Shown in pieces: positions 1 to 9,794 of a stretch of 64,000 nt of DNA. Each line of letters begins with the position of its first letter. The first letter of the stretch is position 1. A program made the position numbers and the translations under genes. Origin of the DNA: Verrucomicrobiaceae bacterium. Its GTDB lineage: Bacteria > Verrucomicrobiota > Verrucomicrobiia > Verrucomicrobiales > Akkermansiaceae. The notes under the pieces were generated by a model, which saw only the letters and a program-made list of their open reading frames with translations, was not told the DNA's origin and made no database searches. The stretch is taken from positions 237,738-301,737 of the forward strand of contig JBPOGH010000003.1 in NCBI GenBank assembly GCA_051252135.1, written 5' to 3'.

Positions 1-714
1 GGTGTCCTTATAGATGGGAATGCGGGAGAAGGGTCGGTTGGAATGGGACTCCATGAACCCGTCGACAGTGGTGGACTCCGGAAGGGAGAAGACCACCGTC
101 CTTGGCGTGGCCGCGTTCTTTGCCATGGTATCGCGGAGGCCAAAGAGGTTTTTTACAATGCGACCTTCGTTCTCCTCGATCGCTCCCTCCTGCTCGCCAA
201 TGTCCGCCATGGCGATGAACTCGGCCCGGCTGTAGGCGCCTTTCTTTTCCCCGTGGGAAATGCCGCTGGTGATCTTTTCCGTCATCCAGATGAGCGGTGA
301 CATGATGCGGGTCAGGCCCGTGAGCATTGTGCCGGTGACGGGGGCCAATTGCTTCCAGAAAACAGCGCCAAGGGTCTTGGGGATGATCTCGGACAGGAGA
401 AGAATCAGAACCGTGAGGACCGCTGAAATGATCCCGGTGGTGAGCGGGGCGTCGCCAAAAATCTTCATCGCCTGCGCCCCTACCCCGGCGGCCCCGACGG
501 TGTGCGCCACTGTGTTGAGAATGAGAATGGCCGACAAGGGGCGGTTGATATCATTGGCCAGATTCCCCCAAACTTCGGCGTTGCGGGGTCTGGTTTCCTT
601 TTGGGTCTCGATGTAAGGACGGCGCACGCTCAGCAGGACGGCTTCGAAGACCGAACAAAGAAACGAAAAGACGAGGGCAATGAGGAGATAGGTAACTAAA
701 AGGACGGTGTCCAC
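1..714 (-). CDS. CNNM/DUF21 (hemolysin/CBS family) membrane protein, 5' part; runs off the window edge
   Basis: Manual minus-strand translation from GTG 714: VDTVLLVTYLLIALVFSFLCSVFEAVLLS...RPLSAILILNTVAHTVGAAGVGAQA, a typical DUF21 N-terminus. Not in the ORF track because it is truncated. Confidence 0.85.
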   Translation of the reverse strand, partial: MDTVLLVTYLLIALVFSFLCSVFEAVLLSVRRPYIETQKETRPRNAEVWGNLANDINRPLSAILILNTVAHTVGAAGVGAQAMKIFGDAPLTTGIISAVLTVLILLLSEIIPKTLGAVFWKQLAPVTGTMLTGLTRIMSPLIWMTEKITSGISHGEKKGAYSRAEFIAMADIGEQEGAIEENEGRIVKNLFGLRDTMAKNAATPRTVVFSLPESTTVDGFMESHSNRPFSRIPIYKDT

Positions 715-768
715 GGTAACTCACAAAACGCTAAAACGGTAGAAACGAAAGGGAAAAGTAGGGGCGAT

Positions 769-1905
769 TCACTTGCCGGGGGATGGAGCCGGGAAGGACT
801 GCCCGTAAAACATCAGGGTGCTCCAGGGCACGAAGCAGCGTCGGCGGGATTCAGGACGAGTCTTTTGAAGCGCTTTTTGAGTGAAGGGCGCGTCAAGGCC
901 GCGGCGGTGGTGGTAGTGATTGTTGACCTTCTCGTAGATGTTGTGGAGGCGGCCCCGGGCTTTTTCGGAGATGCTTTTGTAGTGATAGCGGCCTTCGAAA
1001 CTCCGGTAGGGCTCGTAGGAAACATCGTGGCCGAGATTGAACTTGGCGGTGTATTCGAAGCCCTTGAGAAGCCGGTTGTCGAGGGCCCCGTAGAGATCGA
1101 CACCCTGAATCCAGGCGGTCTCGGCGGTGTTGGCGAGGAATTCGAGGCCCATCTGGGTGTGAGCCTGATCGCGACCGCTTTCCTGACATTGGCCGCTGGG
1201 CTTAAAATACATCCCGATCGCGCCGTTGCTCTCTCCGTTGAGATAGTGGTTCACCGCGCGATCGAAGATGGCTTGGTCGTCGAGAAAAACGCCGATCGAG
1301 ATCATCGTCTGGAGCATCGCGGCGTCCCAGTTGCCATTGGCGGTGGGGTGGAAGGGTTTGATGACGGGATACCAGACGTTTCGAAGCATGTCCTCGAATT
1401 GGGCCTGTTGATCCGGAGTCCAGCCCTTCCATCCTCCCTTGTAGTGGCGAAGAAGTTCGGCTGCGATGAGGTAGGTCTGCCCGCTCATTCCGACGAGAAG
1501 GCGGGCATCGTGGTCGGTGACGGCTTTTAAGGTACCCGACCAGGCATTGAGAATCTCGGCCGACTTCCGGGCGGAGGCTTCCTCGCCGGCAAGAACCCAG
1601 CGAAGGGCATGCGTGTAGGCGGCCCGGCCATCATCGGTGAACTCGGTGGAGCCGACATCGGGGTCGTTGTAGGGGCCGCGCTCGACTTTAGGAAAGGCTT
1701 TGGGCTTCCACCCGGGGTTGGCGTAGCGGGATTCCCTGAGTTCGTTCCATGCGTTGAGCCAGGGCTCTTCCTTGGCGGCGATCTTTGATTTTACGAAGTC
1801 GATCCCCTCCCGGCTGTGGAAGACGCCCGGGTGGACGAAGTCGGCGTGTGCACTGAGAATTCCCAGAGTGAGCAGGGCTACTTTTTTCAGGAGAGAGATC
1901 GTCAT
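769..1905 (-). CDS. Secreted alginate lyase family protein
   Basis: Signal peptide, FVHPG start, NGNWD and GQCQESGRDQAHTQMG motifs. Confidence 0.75.
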   Translation of the reverse strand: MTISLLKKVALLTLGILSAHADFVHPGVFHSREGIDFVKSKIAAKEEPWLNAWNELRESRYANPGWKPKAFPKVERGPYNDPDVGSTEFTDDGRAAYTHALRWVLAGEEASARKSAEILNAWSGTLKAVTDHDARLLVGMSGQTYLIAAELLRHYKGGWKGWTPDQQAQFEDMLRNVWYPVIKPFHPTANGNWDAAMLQTMISIGVFLDDQAIFDRAVNHYLNGESNGAIGMYFKPSGQCQESGRDQAHTQMGLEFLANTAETAWIQGVDLYGALDNRLLKGFEYTAKFNLGHDVSYEPYRSFEGRYHYKSISEKARGRLHNIYEKVNNHYHHRRGLDAPFTQKALQKTRPESRRRCFVPWSTLMFYGQSFPAPSPGK

Positions 1906-2165
1906 AAACAGTCACTGGAGGAGACGGATGACGGGGCTCTCTTGTTTCAAAAAAGGCCGCCTTTACTGCGTGAAGATGCGGCAGAAGGTCTTGTCTCCTG
2001 ATGACGGGGCCCGGCGGGCGTCGAAAACGCGGAAAGGAACCGGGAACGATTGATGATCAGATCCTTGGGGAAAAGTTGAAATCGGCAAGTGGAGGCTTGG
2101 AGAATTGAGGTCTTACTTCAAGGTTCCCTGTCTGCAAGAATGGCCTCCTTTGGTTCAGCTCTGCT

Positions 2166-5100
2166 TTAGGGCAAGCTTACCTCGACCCGGTAGAAGCGCT
2201 TGGTGAGCGCGGTGGGGAACGGGATGTTGAAGTCGAGTTGGGATCCGGTGCCGGTGAACGGTTCGCCCAGGTCGGTCCACGATCCTTCAGCGAGGGTGTC
2301 GCTCCATTGGACTTGATAGATTTGGCCGTTTCCGGATTGGGGAATGGAGAAGGACAGGGTGCCGATGGCTTGATCGGTGTTTATGGCCGTGACTTCACCG
2401 AAGACGAGATTCTCCGGACTGATGGGGTCGATCTCCGGCTCGGTGAGACTGAGGGCGAACCAGTTGAGGTTCATCATACTGGCGTTGGTGGCGGAGCCGA
2501 TTTCCTGGAAGACGAGGTAGACGTCGTAGGTTCCGGCGGCGTTGCTAAGTTCAACCTCGATGGTTTCCCAGTCCTGCCACCCGATGGTTTCAGGAACATT
2601 AATGATTCCGACAATCGTTCCCGTCGGGCTGCCGAGGCGAACCTGAATTTGGGGCTGGGCAGTGCCGGGTTCGCGGGCGATGCGGAAGCGGGCGGAGGCG
2701 TTTTCGGCCAGGGTGAGTTGATCGTAGCGGAGCCAGTCTCCGTTGCTGATCCAGCCGATGTTTTGGTCGCCATCGACATCACCGGTGGCTTGGGATTGGG
2801 TGCCGGATTGGGCGTCGAAGGCCTCGGCTTCCATGCGGGTGACGGGACCACCGGGAGGGTCGAGGGGAATTTCGAAGCAGCAGAGGGATCCGGCCGGGAC
2901 GGTGGCGAAAACAGTGGTGGGAGAGCCGGAGATGAAGGAGGTGACTTCGCCTTCAACATTGAGGTCCTCGTGCCAGCGGGTGCGTGTAATCGTTTGGTTG
3001 GTAGAAACTTTTCCGTTGAGGTCCAGCGCAAGATCGACGGTGGATCCATTGGGGTTGATGGCCCAGACGGTGAGGAGGTTGTCCTTGATGAGAGCGGTGG
3101 TGTGGGAGAGCTCGGGTGGTGTCGCGATATCGAGGGCCTGTCCGCGATGCGAGGTGTTGGTGAGCTTGTTGAAGATGAAGTATTTGACGTTCCGGACGGG
3201 GGTGCCATTCGGGTTAAGGATGTAGGAATGGCCCTGGTTGGTGGTGCCGATGGCGAGCCAGCCGCTGAGTCCGGAGAAGCCGGCATTGATGGCCTCCAGC
3301 ATGAAGGAAAAGGTGAGGACTTCGTTGGCTCCGGAGGTGCTTTTCCAGCCGTGGAGCTCGGTGTTCCAGATTTCGGTATCGGGTCCGAGGGTGTTGATGA
3401 CGGCTTCGGCGAAGTCTTCCGCGGTGCCTGTTTTGTCAGTGTTGTGGGAGGCGGCAATATCGACGGCGTCCCGGCGGCGAGAGGTGTCGAGATTGTTGAT
3501 CCAGGAGGCGCCCTGCACGAAATTCCAGGAGGAAGGGGCGATGAAGAGCGGCAGGTCGTCTGCCGTGAGAGCCGGGAAGCCGGCGTAGCTCCCGGTGGGA
3601 TCCGTGGGGTCCGGGCTGGGAGGGTTGGCGATGTAGTCCTTGATGTATTCGGTGACGTCCCGCGCATCGGCCTGGGTGAAGCGTGAGCCACCATCGTTGC
3701 TTTGCCACTCGTTGGTGAGATCCATGTAGCTGATTTTAAAGCCGTAGGATTTCATCAGACGCAGGTAACGGACGAGGTATTGGCCGCATTTTTCCCAGTT
3801 GAAGTTGTAGTTGCTGCTGCTGCCGGTGCTACCGGTGATCCACTGGGGGTAGGGCTGCCAGGCGACGTTATCCTGGGCTTCATCGAGCGGGCGCGGGGAC
3901 GCGAAGAACTTGATGTTTGGGTTGGCCTCTTGCATTTCCTGCATCATGGGGATGATGCGGAAGGTGTAGGCAGAGAGGTCGTAGTTATTCTCGGTGAGTT
4001 CGTAGCCGGCATTGACGGCGACGCGGATAAAGTCGATGTCGTTGTCGACGACGGACCATTTTGCGACGAGGTCGCGCTCGGCGGAGTTGAGCGAGGTGGT
4101 CCAGTACCAGAGGCGCTCGTAGTCCATGCCGTAGCGCATCGTTTGCTTCGGGGTGGTGCCGATGACGACCGGGATCCCGGTAGGGACTTCGAAGGTGAAC
4201 CAATCGATGTTGTAGAGGGCGGCGGTGTTGGTGGCGCTGACGAAATTGAGCCGGATGGTCTGGGGTCCGGAGGTGGTGAAGGTGGCATCGCCGGTGAAGG
4301 GCTGCCAGTTGTCCCAGCCACTTGTTTTTGGAATGGTGGCGGTGCCGATGGTGGTGCCATTGGAGACGATCTCGACGTTGCCTCCGTTGGAATTGGTGGC
4401 GGCGCTGAAGGTGAAGCGGTAGGTTCCAGGTTCGGGAACATTAATCAGGTATTCGGCCCAGTCTCCGTTGTCGATGTAGCCGATGCTGTCGGAGGTGGCT
4501 CCCTTGTCAGGCTCGATGACGATGCCGCTCATGGAGGTGAAATTCTCGGCTTCGATGACATCGGGCATCTCGCGGATTTGGATGGCGTTGATTTGGGCGC
4601 GGCCGGGGTTGACGCTTCCGTTCAGCTCCCCTGCGATCTCGAAGCTTTGCGTTGTACTATCGGCGAGGAAGATGCCGATGATGGAGTCACCGCTTTCTTC
4701 ACCGGTTCCGCCGTCCTCACTGTTGTTGAGATCGGCTTGGCCGGCGGTGCCGTTGGTGATGCTGGTGGGAACGTTAGTGGTGCCATCACTGAGGTTCATT
4801 TTGTAACCGTTATGACGACTGCTGCGGGCATCATTGGCCAGGATTTGGATGGCGTAGGTTTTACCGACGGTGAGTCCACTGAAGGTGAGCGTTGCGTGGC
4901 CGTAGGTGGCACCGCCGATGACATTGGCGAGATCAGGATCGCCGGAAAAAGAGCCATCCCCGAAGGTGCTCGGGCCTGCCAGACCATTAATATCGGCACC
5001 TGCGGAATCCGGTCCTACGGTGAGAGTGACTCCATTGGCGGTCACTCCGGCTTCAAGGGCGGGGATATCGGCACGGAGAAAGCTGACTCCGTTCAAGGTG

Positions 5101-5273
5101 ATGGTGCCGTTGTCCGGGTCACTGGGGTTGACGGCCAAAAGCGCGGTCCCGGTGGTGAAAATGAAGTCGGTATTTGTCGCCCCCTGATACATGTCAACCG
5201 AGGGTTGCCAGGTGATCTGGGCGGCAGGAAGTGCGGCCAAGGAGAGGAGGAACGAGGTGAGGATGTTTTTCAT
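2166..5273 (-). CDS. Secreted glycoside hydrolase (GH30-like, clan A) with two CBM6 modules and a C-terminal S-D-L-W/FYR module
   Basis: CBM6 motifs IEAENF..IGYIDNGDWAEY and MEAEAF..IGWISNGDWLRY; putative catalytic DLTNEW and WNTELHGW; ends KRFYRVEVSLP. Confidence 0.7.
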   Translation of the reverse strand: MKNILTSFLLSLAALPAAQITWQPSVDMYQGATNTDFIFTTGTALLAVNPSDPDNGTITLNGVSFLRADIPALEAGVTANGVTLTVGPDSAGADINGLAGPSTFGDGSFSGDPDLANVIGGATYGHATLTFSGLTVGKTYAIQILANDARSSRHNGYKMNLSDGTTNVPTSITNGTAGQADLNNSEDGGTGEESGDSIIGIFLADSTTQSFEIAGELNGSVNPGRAQINAIQIREMPDVIEAENFTSMSGIVIEPDKGATSDSIGYIDNGDWAEYLINVPEPGTYRFTFSAATNSNGGNVEIVSNGTTIGTATIPKTSGWDNWQPFTGDATFTTSGPQTIRLNFVSATNTAALYNIDWFTFEVPTGIPVVIGTTPKQTMRYGMDYERLWYWTTSLNSAERDLVAKWSVVDNDIDFIRVAVNAGYELTENNYDLSAYTFRIIPMMQEMQEANPNIKFFASPRPLDEAQDNVAWQPYPQWITGSTGSSSNYNFNWEKCGQYLVRYLRLMKSYGFKISYMDLTNEWQSNDGGSRFTQADARDVTEYIKDYIANPPSPDPTDPTGSYAGFPALTADDLPLFIAPSSWNFVQGASWINNLDTSRRRDAVDIAASHNTDKTGTAEDFAEAVINTLGPDTEIWNTELHGWKSTSGANEVLTFSFMLEAINAGFSGLSGWLAIGTTNQGHSYILNPNGTPVRNVKYFIFNKLTNTSHRGQALDIATPPELSHTTALIKDNLLTVWAINPNGSTVDLALDLNGKVSTNQTITRTRWHEDLNVEGEVTSFISGSPTTVFATVPAGSLCCFEIPLDPPGGPVTRMEAEAFDAQSGTQSQATGDVDGDQNIGWISNGDWLRYDQLTLAENASARFRIAREPGTAQPQIQVRLGSPTGTIVGIINVPETIGWQDWETIEVELSNAAGTYDVYLVFQEIGSATNASMMNLNWFALSLTEPEIDPISPENLVFGEVTAINTDQAIGTLSFSIPQSGNGQIYQVQWSDTLAEGSWTDLGEPFTGTGSQLDFNIPFPTALTKRFYRVEVSLP

Positions 5274-5288
5274 TTTAAGGGAAAGGTA

Positions 5289-6683
5289 TTAGTAACGATA
5301 GTCGGCACCGTCGCGACTGAGTTGGCAGCTTTGATCGATCCCCGCGAGGGCACGGGTCATCTCCTGAAGGATAGCCGGGTTTTCCTTGGCGAGGTCGTTT
5401 TTTTCGTAGGGATCGTTGGCGAGATTGTAGAGGCGGGTCCGTCCGTCTTTTTTGGCTTCCTTGAGAATCTTAAAGTCGCCCCGGATGAGGGCCTGTCCAT
5501 CGATCCCCTGGTAGAGGCGGCGATAGCCGAAGAAGAGATCGTTGGGACGTTGGGCGATCCCGCCTTTGATGATGGGCATGAGATCGACGCCATCGATGGG
5601 GCGTTCTTTGCCTTTTGAGAAGGAGTAACCGACGGCGGAGGCGACGGTGGGGAAGATGTCTACGGTCGAACAACGGACGTCGGAGGTGGTGCCGGGCTCG
5701 ATGGTGCCGGGCCATTCGAGGCAGGCGGGGACGAGGAGACCGCCTTCATACATCTGGTGCTTGTGGCCTCTGAAGGGTCTGGCGGAGGCGATGCCTTTTT
5801 TGGCGGCGCCATCGGAGGGGCCGTTGTCGCTGCAGAAGATGAGGAGGGTGTTTTTCTCGATGCCGAGGTCGTGGAGCTTGGTGCGGAGGCGGCCGATTTG
5901 CTCGTCCATGGCGGTGATGCAGCCGTAGTAGTTTTGGCGTTTCGAGCCGGCCTTGGGGTAGAGAGCGCGGTATTTTGGACCGGCGACGACGGGCTCGTGC
6001 GGGGCGTGGAACCAAACGGTGGCGAGAAAGGGGGTGGCCTTGTTCGTCTCGATGAAGGGGATGACACGATCCATGATGATGCGGCTGTCATCGCCACTCA
6101 TGTTTTCGGTGACGGGGGTGCCGTCCTGAAGGTAAGGGGTGCCTCCTTTCCAGGGCTCGCCGGGTTTGTTGCCCCAGCTTTTCCAATCGGCGGGGGTGAC
6201 GGTGGGGTCCCAGGTGGGGACGGCGCTGGTGGTGGCGAACCAGCTATCGAATCCGTGGTGGGAGGGCGGCGAGTAGTGGCCGCGTGAGCTGAGTTGGTCC
6301 GGCTCGACCCAGCCGATGTGCCATTTTCCGAAGAAGGCGGTTCGGTAGTCCCTGGACTTCACCATTTCCGCGACGGTGATTTCTCCGGTGCGCATGCCGG
6401 CGGTGTGGGCGGCGAGGATGCCGTAGCGGAAAGGGTAGCGCCCGGTGAGGCAGGAACCGCGGGTGGGCGAGCAAAGGGGTGAGGCGGCGTAGAAGCGGTT
6501 GAGCTTCACCCCATTGGCGGCCATGGCATCGAGATGCGGGGTCTTGAGGTCGGGGTGGCCATTGAAGCCGACGTCTCCCCATCCCTGATCATCGCTCATG
6601 ATGAGAATGATGTTGGGCTGATCAGCGGCTAATTTTGCCGTGACAGCCACAAGGGAGCAGAAAAGCAGTTTGAAAAGAGTCAT
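5289..6683 (-). CDS. Cys-type sulfatase
   Basis: PNIILIMSDDQG, CSPTRGSCLTG, GKWH, SDNG; start placed at MTLFKLL. Confidence 0.92.
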   Translation of the reverse strand: MTLFKLLFCSLVAVTAKLAADQPNIILIMSDDQGWGDVGFNGHPDLKTPHLDAMAANGVKLNRFYAASPLCSPTRGSCLTGRYPFRYGILAAHTAGMRTGEITVAEMVKSRDYRTAFFGKWHIGWVEPDQLSSRGHYSPPSHHGFDSWFATTSAVPTWDPTVTPADWKSWGNKPGEPWKGGTPYLQDGTPVTENMSGDDSRIIMDRVIPFIETNKATPFLATVWFHAPHEPVVAGPKYRALYPKAGSKRQNYYGCITAMDEQIGRLRTKLHDLGIEKNTLLIFCSDNGPSDGAAKKGIASARPFRGHKHQMYEGGLLVPACLEWPGTIEPGTTSDVRCSTVDIFPTVASAVGYSFSKGKERPIDGVDLMPIIKGGIAQRPNDLFFGYRRLYQGIDGQALIRGDFKILKEAKKDGRTRLYNLANDPYEKNDLAKENPAILQEMTRALAGIDQSCQLSRDGADYRY

Positions 6684-6798
6684 CAGCAATGTGTGAAAAG
6701 GCACACTAGCCCAAATAACCCCTCATAGGGAGCATTCTATACACATTGGAGAACTTTCCCCTCTGTATGCGGATTTATCCTTTGGGAGAGGTTGGAGA

Positions 6799-7032
6799 CT
6801 ACTTCTCCGCGTTCTCCGCTTCCTCTTCTTTGAGAAGGGTTTCAAACTCCTGCTCTTCCGGGGTCAACGCGTCCCAGCGGGCTTTTTCGATCGCTTCCGC
6901 TTCGGCAATCAGGGCTGCCGCTTCTTCTTCGGCCTTTTTCTCCAATCTGGCAGCCTCGCGGGCCAAGCGCTTATCAAGCTTCTTCTGTTCCCGTTCGCGA
7001 CGTTTGTGGTCTTTGCTTGGTGTAAATGCCAT
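6799..7032 (-). CDS. Small highly charged helical hypothetical protein (77 aa)
   Basis: MAFTPSKDHKRRERE...; strong RBS AGAAAGGA upstream of ATG 7032. Confidence 0.6.
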   Translation of the reverse strand: MAFTPSKDHKRREREQKKLDKRLAREAARLEKKAEEEAAALIAEAEAIEKARWDALTPEEQEFETLLKEEEAENAEK

Positions 7033-7218
7033 TGGTCTATCCTTTCTGTGGTTTGAAAATCGAGTAGACGATTTGCCTGCTCCCCTCCCGAGAGCGAGGT
7101 GGCCATACAATGCAATGGGGATTTGAGCCAACAGAAATCTTTTTCAAATTGGTTAAGCTTCTCTGGCGGCGGCGGAGGAAGTGGCATGGGCGTTCGCGGG
7201 ATCCGGAGGGGTTCGGGC

Positions 7219-7263
7219 AAAAAAAATCCCAGCCCCTCCGGGGGATGGGGATGGGATTTTTTT
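7219..7263. terminator. Intrinsic terminator (A-tract / hairpin / T-tract) downstream of the SDR gene
   Basis: AAAAAAAATCCCAGCCCCTCC...GGATGGGGATGGGATTTTTTT. Confidence 0.8.
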
Positions 7264-7279
7264 GAGAGATCGAGCGGGA

Positions 7280-8047
7280 TCAGATCACGCGGTCGTTTCC
7301 GCCGTCGATGGGGATTTGGGCGCCGGTGGTGGCGCTGAAGACGGGGCCGGCGACGGTGGAGACCATGGCGGCGACGCCGGGGGAGGTGATCTCGGTGCTG
7401 AGGAGGTTTTTGGTTTTGTATTCCTCGACGGTCATGCCGTAGCGCTTGGCCGATTTTTCCAAGGCTTCCTGAGACCAAATTTCGGTATCGAAGACGGCAT
7501 CGGGATGGATGATGTTGACGCGGACACCAAAGGGCGCGAGCTCGAGGGCGGCGACGCGGGCGAGCTGGGTGACACCGGCCTTGGTGACGGAGTAGGCTGA
7601 GGCACCTGGCCCCGGGGCGGCAAAGTTGCGGGAGCCGATGATGATGATGCTGGCCGAGAGCTTGCTCTCCTTAAGGTAGGGAATGGAGAACTTGAGGAAG
7701 CGTTGGGTGGCGGTGAGGTTGATCTTGAGGTGGAGGTCCCAGGAATCCTCGGGGGCGTCGATGTATTCGCCGGATTTGAAGATGCCGGCGTTGGCGACGA
7801 TGAGGTCGAGGCTGCCGTATTTGGCGGCGGTGTCATCGATGATTTTTTTCATGGCAGCGTCATCGGTGATGTCACAGACGATGCCGGTGAGGCGCTCGCC
7901 GGTGAGATTGGTGACGACGGAGGGGTTGATGTCGAGACCGACGACGGTGGCTCCGTCGTTACGGAGGCGTTCGGCAGTGGCTTTGCCGATTCCACCGCAG
8001 GCTCCGGTGACGATGGCGACTTTATTGGCGTGGATTTGTTCGGACAT
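7280..8047 (-). CDS. Short-chain dehydrogenase/reductase resembling the SDR half of RhaD-aldolase/SDR fusions
   Basis: TGACGGIG, ANAG, YSVTK, VNIIHPDAVFDTEIW..YKTKNLL, IPIDGG. Confidence 0.88.
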   Translation of the reverse strand: MSEQIHANKVAIVTGACGGIGKATAERLRNDGATVVGLDINPSVVTNLTGERLTGIVCDITDDAAMKKIIDDTAAKYGSLDLIVANAGIFKSGEYIDAPEDSWDLHLKINLTATQRFLKFSIPYLKESKLSASIIIIGSRNFAAPGPGASAYSVTKAGVTQLARVAALELAPFGVRVNIIHPDAVFDTEIWSQEALEKSAKRYGMTVEEYKTKNLLSTEITSPGVAAMVSTVAGPVFSATTGAQIPIDGGNDRVI

Positions 8048-8094
8048 AGCAGAAGTGTTCAGTTTTAAGTTTGGAGGGCTGGGTTGAGGGGGCT

Positions 8095-8772
8095 TTAGGA
8101 GGAGATGGCGTTGTTGAAGAAGGCGAGGTTTTCGACGGGGTCTTCGTTGTTGAAGATGGCGGATCCGGAGACGACGAAGTGGGGTTTCATGGAGGCGATC
8201 TGCGGGATGGTGTCTTTGTTGACGCCGCCATCGATGCAGATGAGGAGCTCGGGTTTCCAGGAGAGGAGGGTTTCGATTTTTGCGGGGATGTCGTCGAGGA
8301 AGGTTTCCTTACCGGAGTAGGGGCCGACGCCGAGGAGGAGGACGTAGTCGATTTGATCGAGGTATTTTTTGATGAAGCTGGCGGAGGTGCCGGGGTTGAT
8401 GGAGACGCCGCGGACGATGTCTTCGTGACTGGAAATGCGTGAGAGGGTGTCGTCGATGTGAGCGGTGTATTCGACGGAGAAGGAAATGAGGTCGGCACCG
8501 GCCTTGGCGAAGGCGTCGATGTGCTGCTTCGGCTTGTTGATGAGGAGGTGGACGTCCTTGAGGAGGTCGGTTTTGAGGCCGGCGACGAAGGGAGACCCGA
8601 CGGTGATGTTGGGCCAGATGTTGCCGTCCATGACATCGAAGTGGAGGAGGTTGACGTTATTTTCCTGAAGAATTTGGAGGGCGGCGTTTTGGTTACCCAT
8701 GTCGTAGCTGAGGGTGGCGACGGAGAGTTGGGGACGGCTGCGGATGAGGTCGATTTTTTCGGCGCGGGTCAT
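8095..8772 (-). CDS. Ribulose-phosphate 3-epimerase family protein (LsrE/AlsE-like)
   Basis: LHFDVMDG, DVHL, SINPGT, IDGGVN, VSGSAIF; start at MTRAEK. Confidence 0.88.
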   Translation of the reverse strand: MTRAEKIDLIRSRPQLSVATLSYDMGNQNAALQILQENNVNLLHFDVMDGNIWPNITVGSPFVAGLKTDLLKDVHLLINKPKQHIDAFAKAGADLISFSVEYTAHIDDTLSRISSHEDIVRGVSINPGTSASFIKKYLDQIDYVLLLGVGPYSGKETFLDDIPAKIETLLSWKPELLICIDGGVNKDTIPQIASMKPHFVVSGSAIFNNEDPVENLAFFNNAISS

Positions 8773-8783
8773 GGGGAGAGGAG

Positions 8784-8825
8784 TTTGAAGTTGGAAGTGT
8801 TCAGTTGGAAGTTGGAAAATTGAAA
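8784..8825. repeat. Degenerate heptamer tandem repeat, about 6 units (TTGGAAG-like)
   Basis: tttgaag ttggaag tgttcag ttggaag ttggaaa attgaaa. Confidence 0.6.
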
Positions 8826-8848
8826 ACCCCAGGCTTTCGCCTGGGGTT
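8815..8848 (-). terminator. Intrinsic terminator or attenuator after lsrF
   Basis: Minus strand AAACCCCAGGC-GAAA-GCCTGGGGTTTTCAATTTT. Confidence 0.7.
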
Positions 8849-8885
8849 TGAAAGTTGGCTTGGCGCTTGGAAAACGCCGCCACGC

Positions 8886-9752
8886 CTAGCCGGCGTTGTA
8901 GATTTCGATGGCCTCGGAGGGCTTGGCGCCGTTGTGGACGACTTCCTTGACGGCACGCATCATGGCGAGAGGCTTGTCGGACTGGAAGACGTTGCGGCCC
9001 ATGTCGACTCCGGAAGCACCGCACTGGATGGCGTTGTAGCAGAGTTCGAGTGCCTCGAGCTCAGGGAGCTTCTTGCCACCGGCGATGACGACGGGGACGG
9101 GGCAGGCGGCGACGACGTTTTCGAAGCCTTCGGTGTAGTAGGTCTTGACGATGGATGCGCCGTTCTCAGCACAGACGCGGGAAGCGAGGCCGAAGTAGCG
9201 GGAGTCGCGAGCCATGTCTTTACCGACAGCGGTGACACCCATGACGGGGATGCTGTACTTGTTGCCGATGTCGACGAGGCGACTGAAGTTGGCAATGGTG
9301 GAAGCCTCGGTGTCGGCATCGCCGATGGCGAGCATGGCTGCCATGGCGGAAACGTTCATGCCGATGGCGTCGATCTCGGAGATGAGCACGTTGTGGTTCA
9401 TCTCGGTGAGGATGGTGGTGCCGGAATCGGTGCGGAGACAGATGGGCTTGGTGTTTTCCGCAGGGATGGAGGTGCGGATCATGCCGCGGCAACCCATGAG
9501 GCAGTCGGCTTCTTCGGCAAGCGGGGCGATGTTGAGGTCGATGCGCTCAAGACCGGAAGTGGGTCCCATGAGGAAGCCGTGGTCGAAAGCCAGCATGACG
9601 GTGCGTCCGGACTTGCGGTTGAAGATGCGGGACATGCGGTTCTTAATTCCCCAGGAGGCGCTGTTCATGCCCTTGAGGTAGAAAGAAGAGGTGTCGGCGG
9701 GAGTGTTGAGACCGAAGTTGTCTCCGTCTCTGATGTCGTCTAAGTCAGCCAT
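8886..9752 (-). CDS. lsrF: 3-hydroxy-5-phosphonooxypentane-2,4-dione thiolase LsrF (class I aldolase fold)
   Basis: MADLDDIRDG...SRIFNRKSGRTVMLAFDHG..GPTSGLERIDLNIAPL, VKTYY, PVVIAGGKK, GVDMGRNVFQ match E. coli LsrF as recalled. Confidence 0.9.
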   Translation of the reverse strand: MADLDDIRDGDNFGLNTPADTSSFYLKGMNSASWGIKNRMSRIFNRKSGRTVMLAFDHGFLMGPTSGLERIDLNIAPLAEEADCLMGCRGMIRTSIPAENTKPICLRTDSGTTILTEMNHNVLISEIDAIGMNVSAMAAMLAIGDADTEASTIANFSRLVDIGNKYSIPVMGVTAVGKDMARDSRYFGLASRVCAENGASIVKTYYTEGFENVVAACPVPVVIAGGKKLPELEALELCYNAIQCGASGVDMGRNVFQSDKPLAMMRAVKEVVHNGAKPSEAIEIYNAG

Positions 9753-9794
9753 GGTAGTAGTAGGTTGGTAGGTTGGGTTGTTTTTAAGAAATGA

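Noticed and set aside
714..771. Alginate lyase TGA in frame with the CNNM gene
   Set aside because: A second stop lies at 723-721, the linker looks non-coding, and the domains are unrelated.
2238..5618. Long antisense or alternative-frame ORFs (also e.g. 13867..15276, 16261..17604, 46326..47774, 55301..56698)
   Set aside because: They are shadows of real high-GC genes, with biased composition and no motifs.
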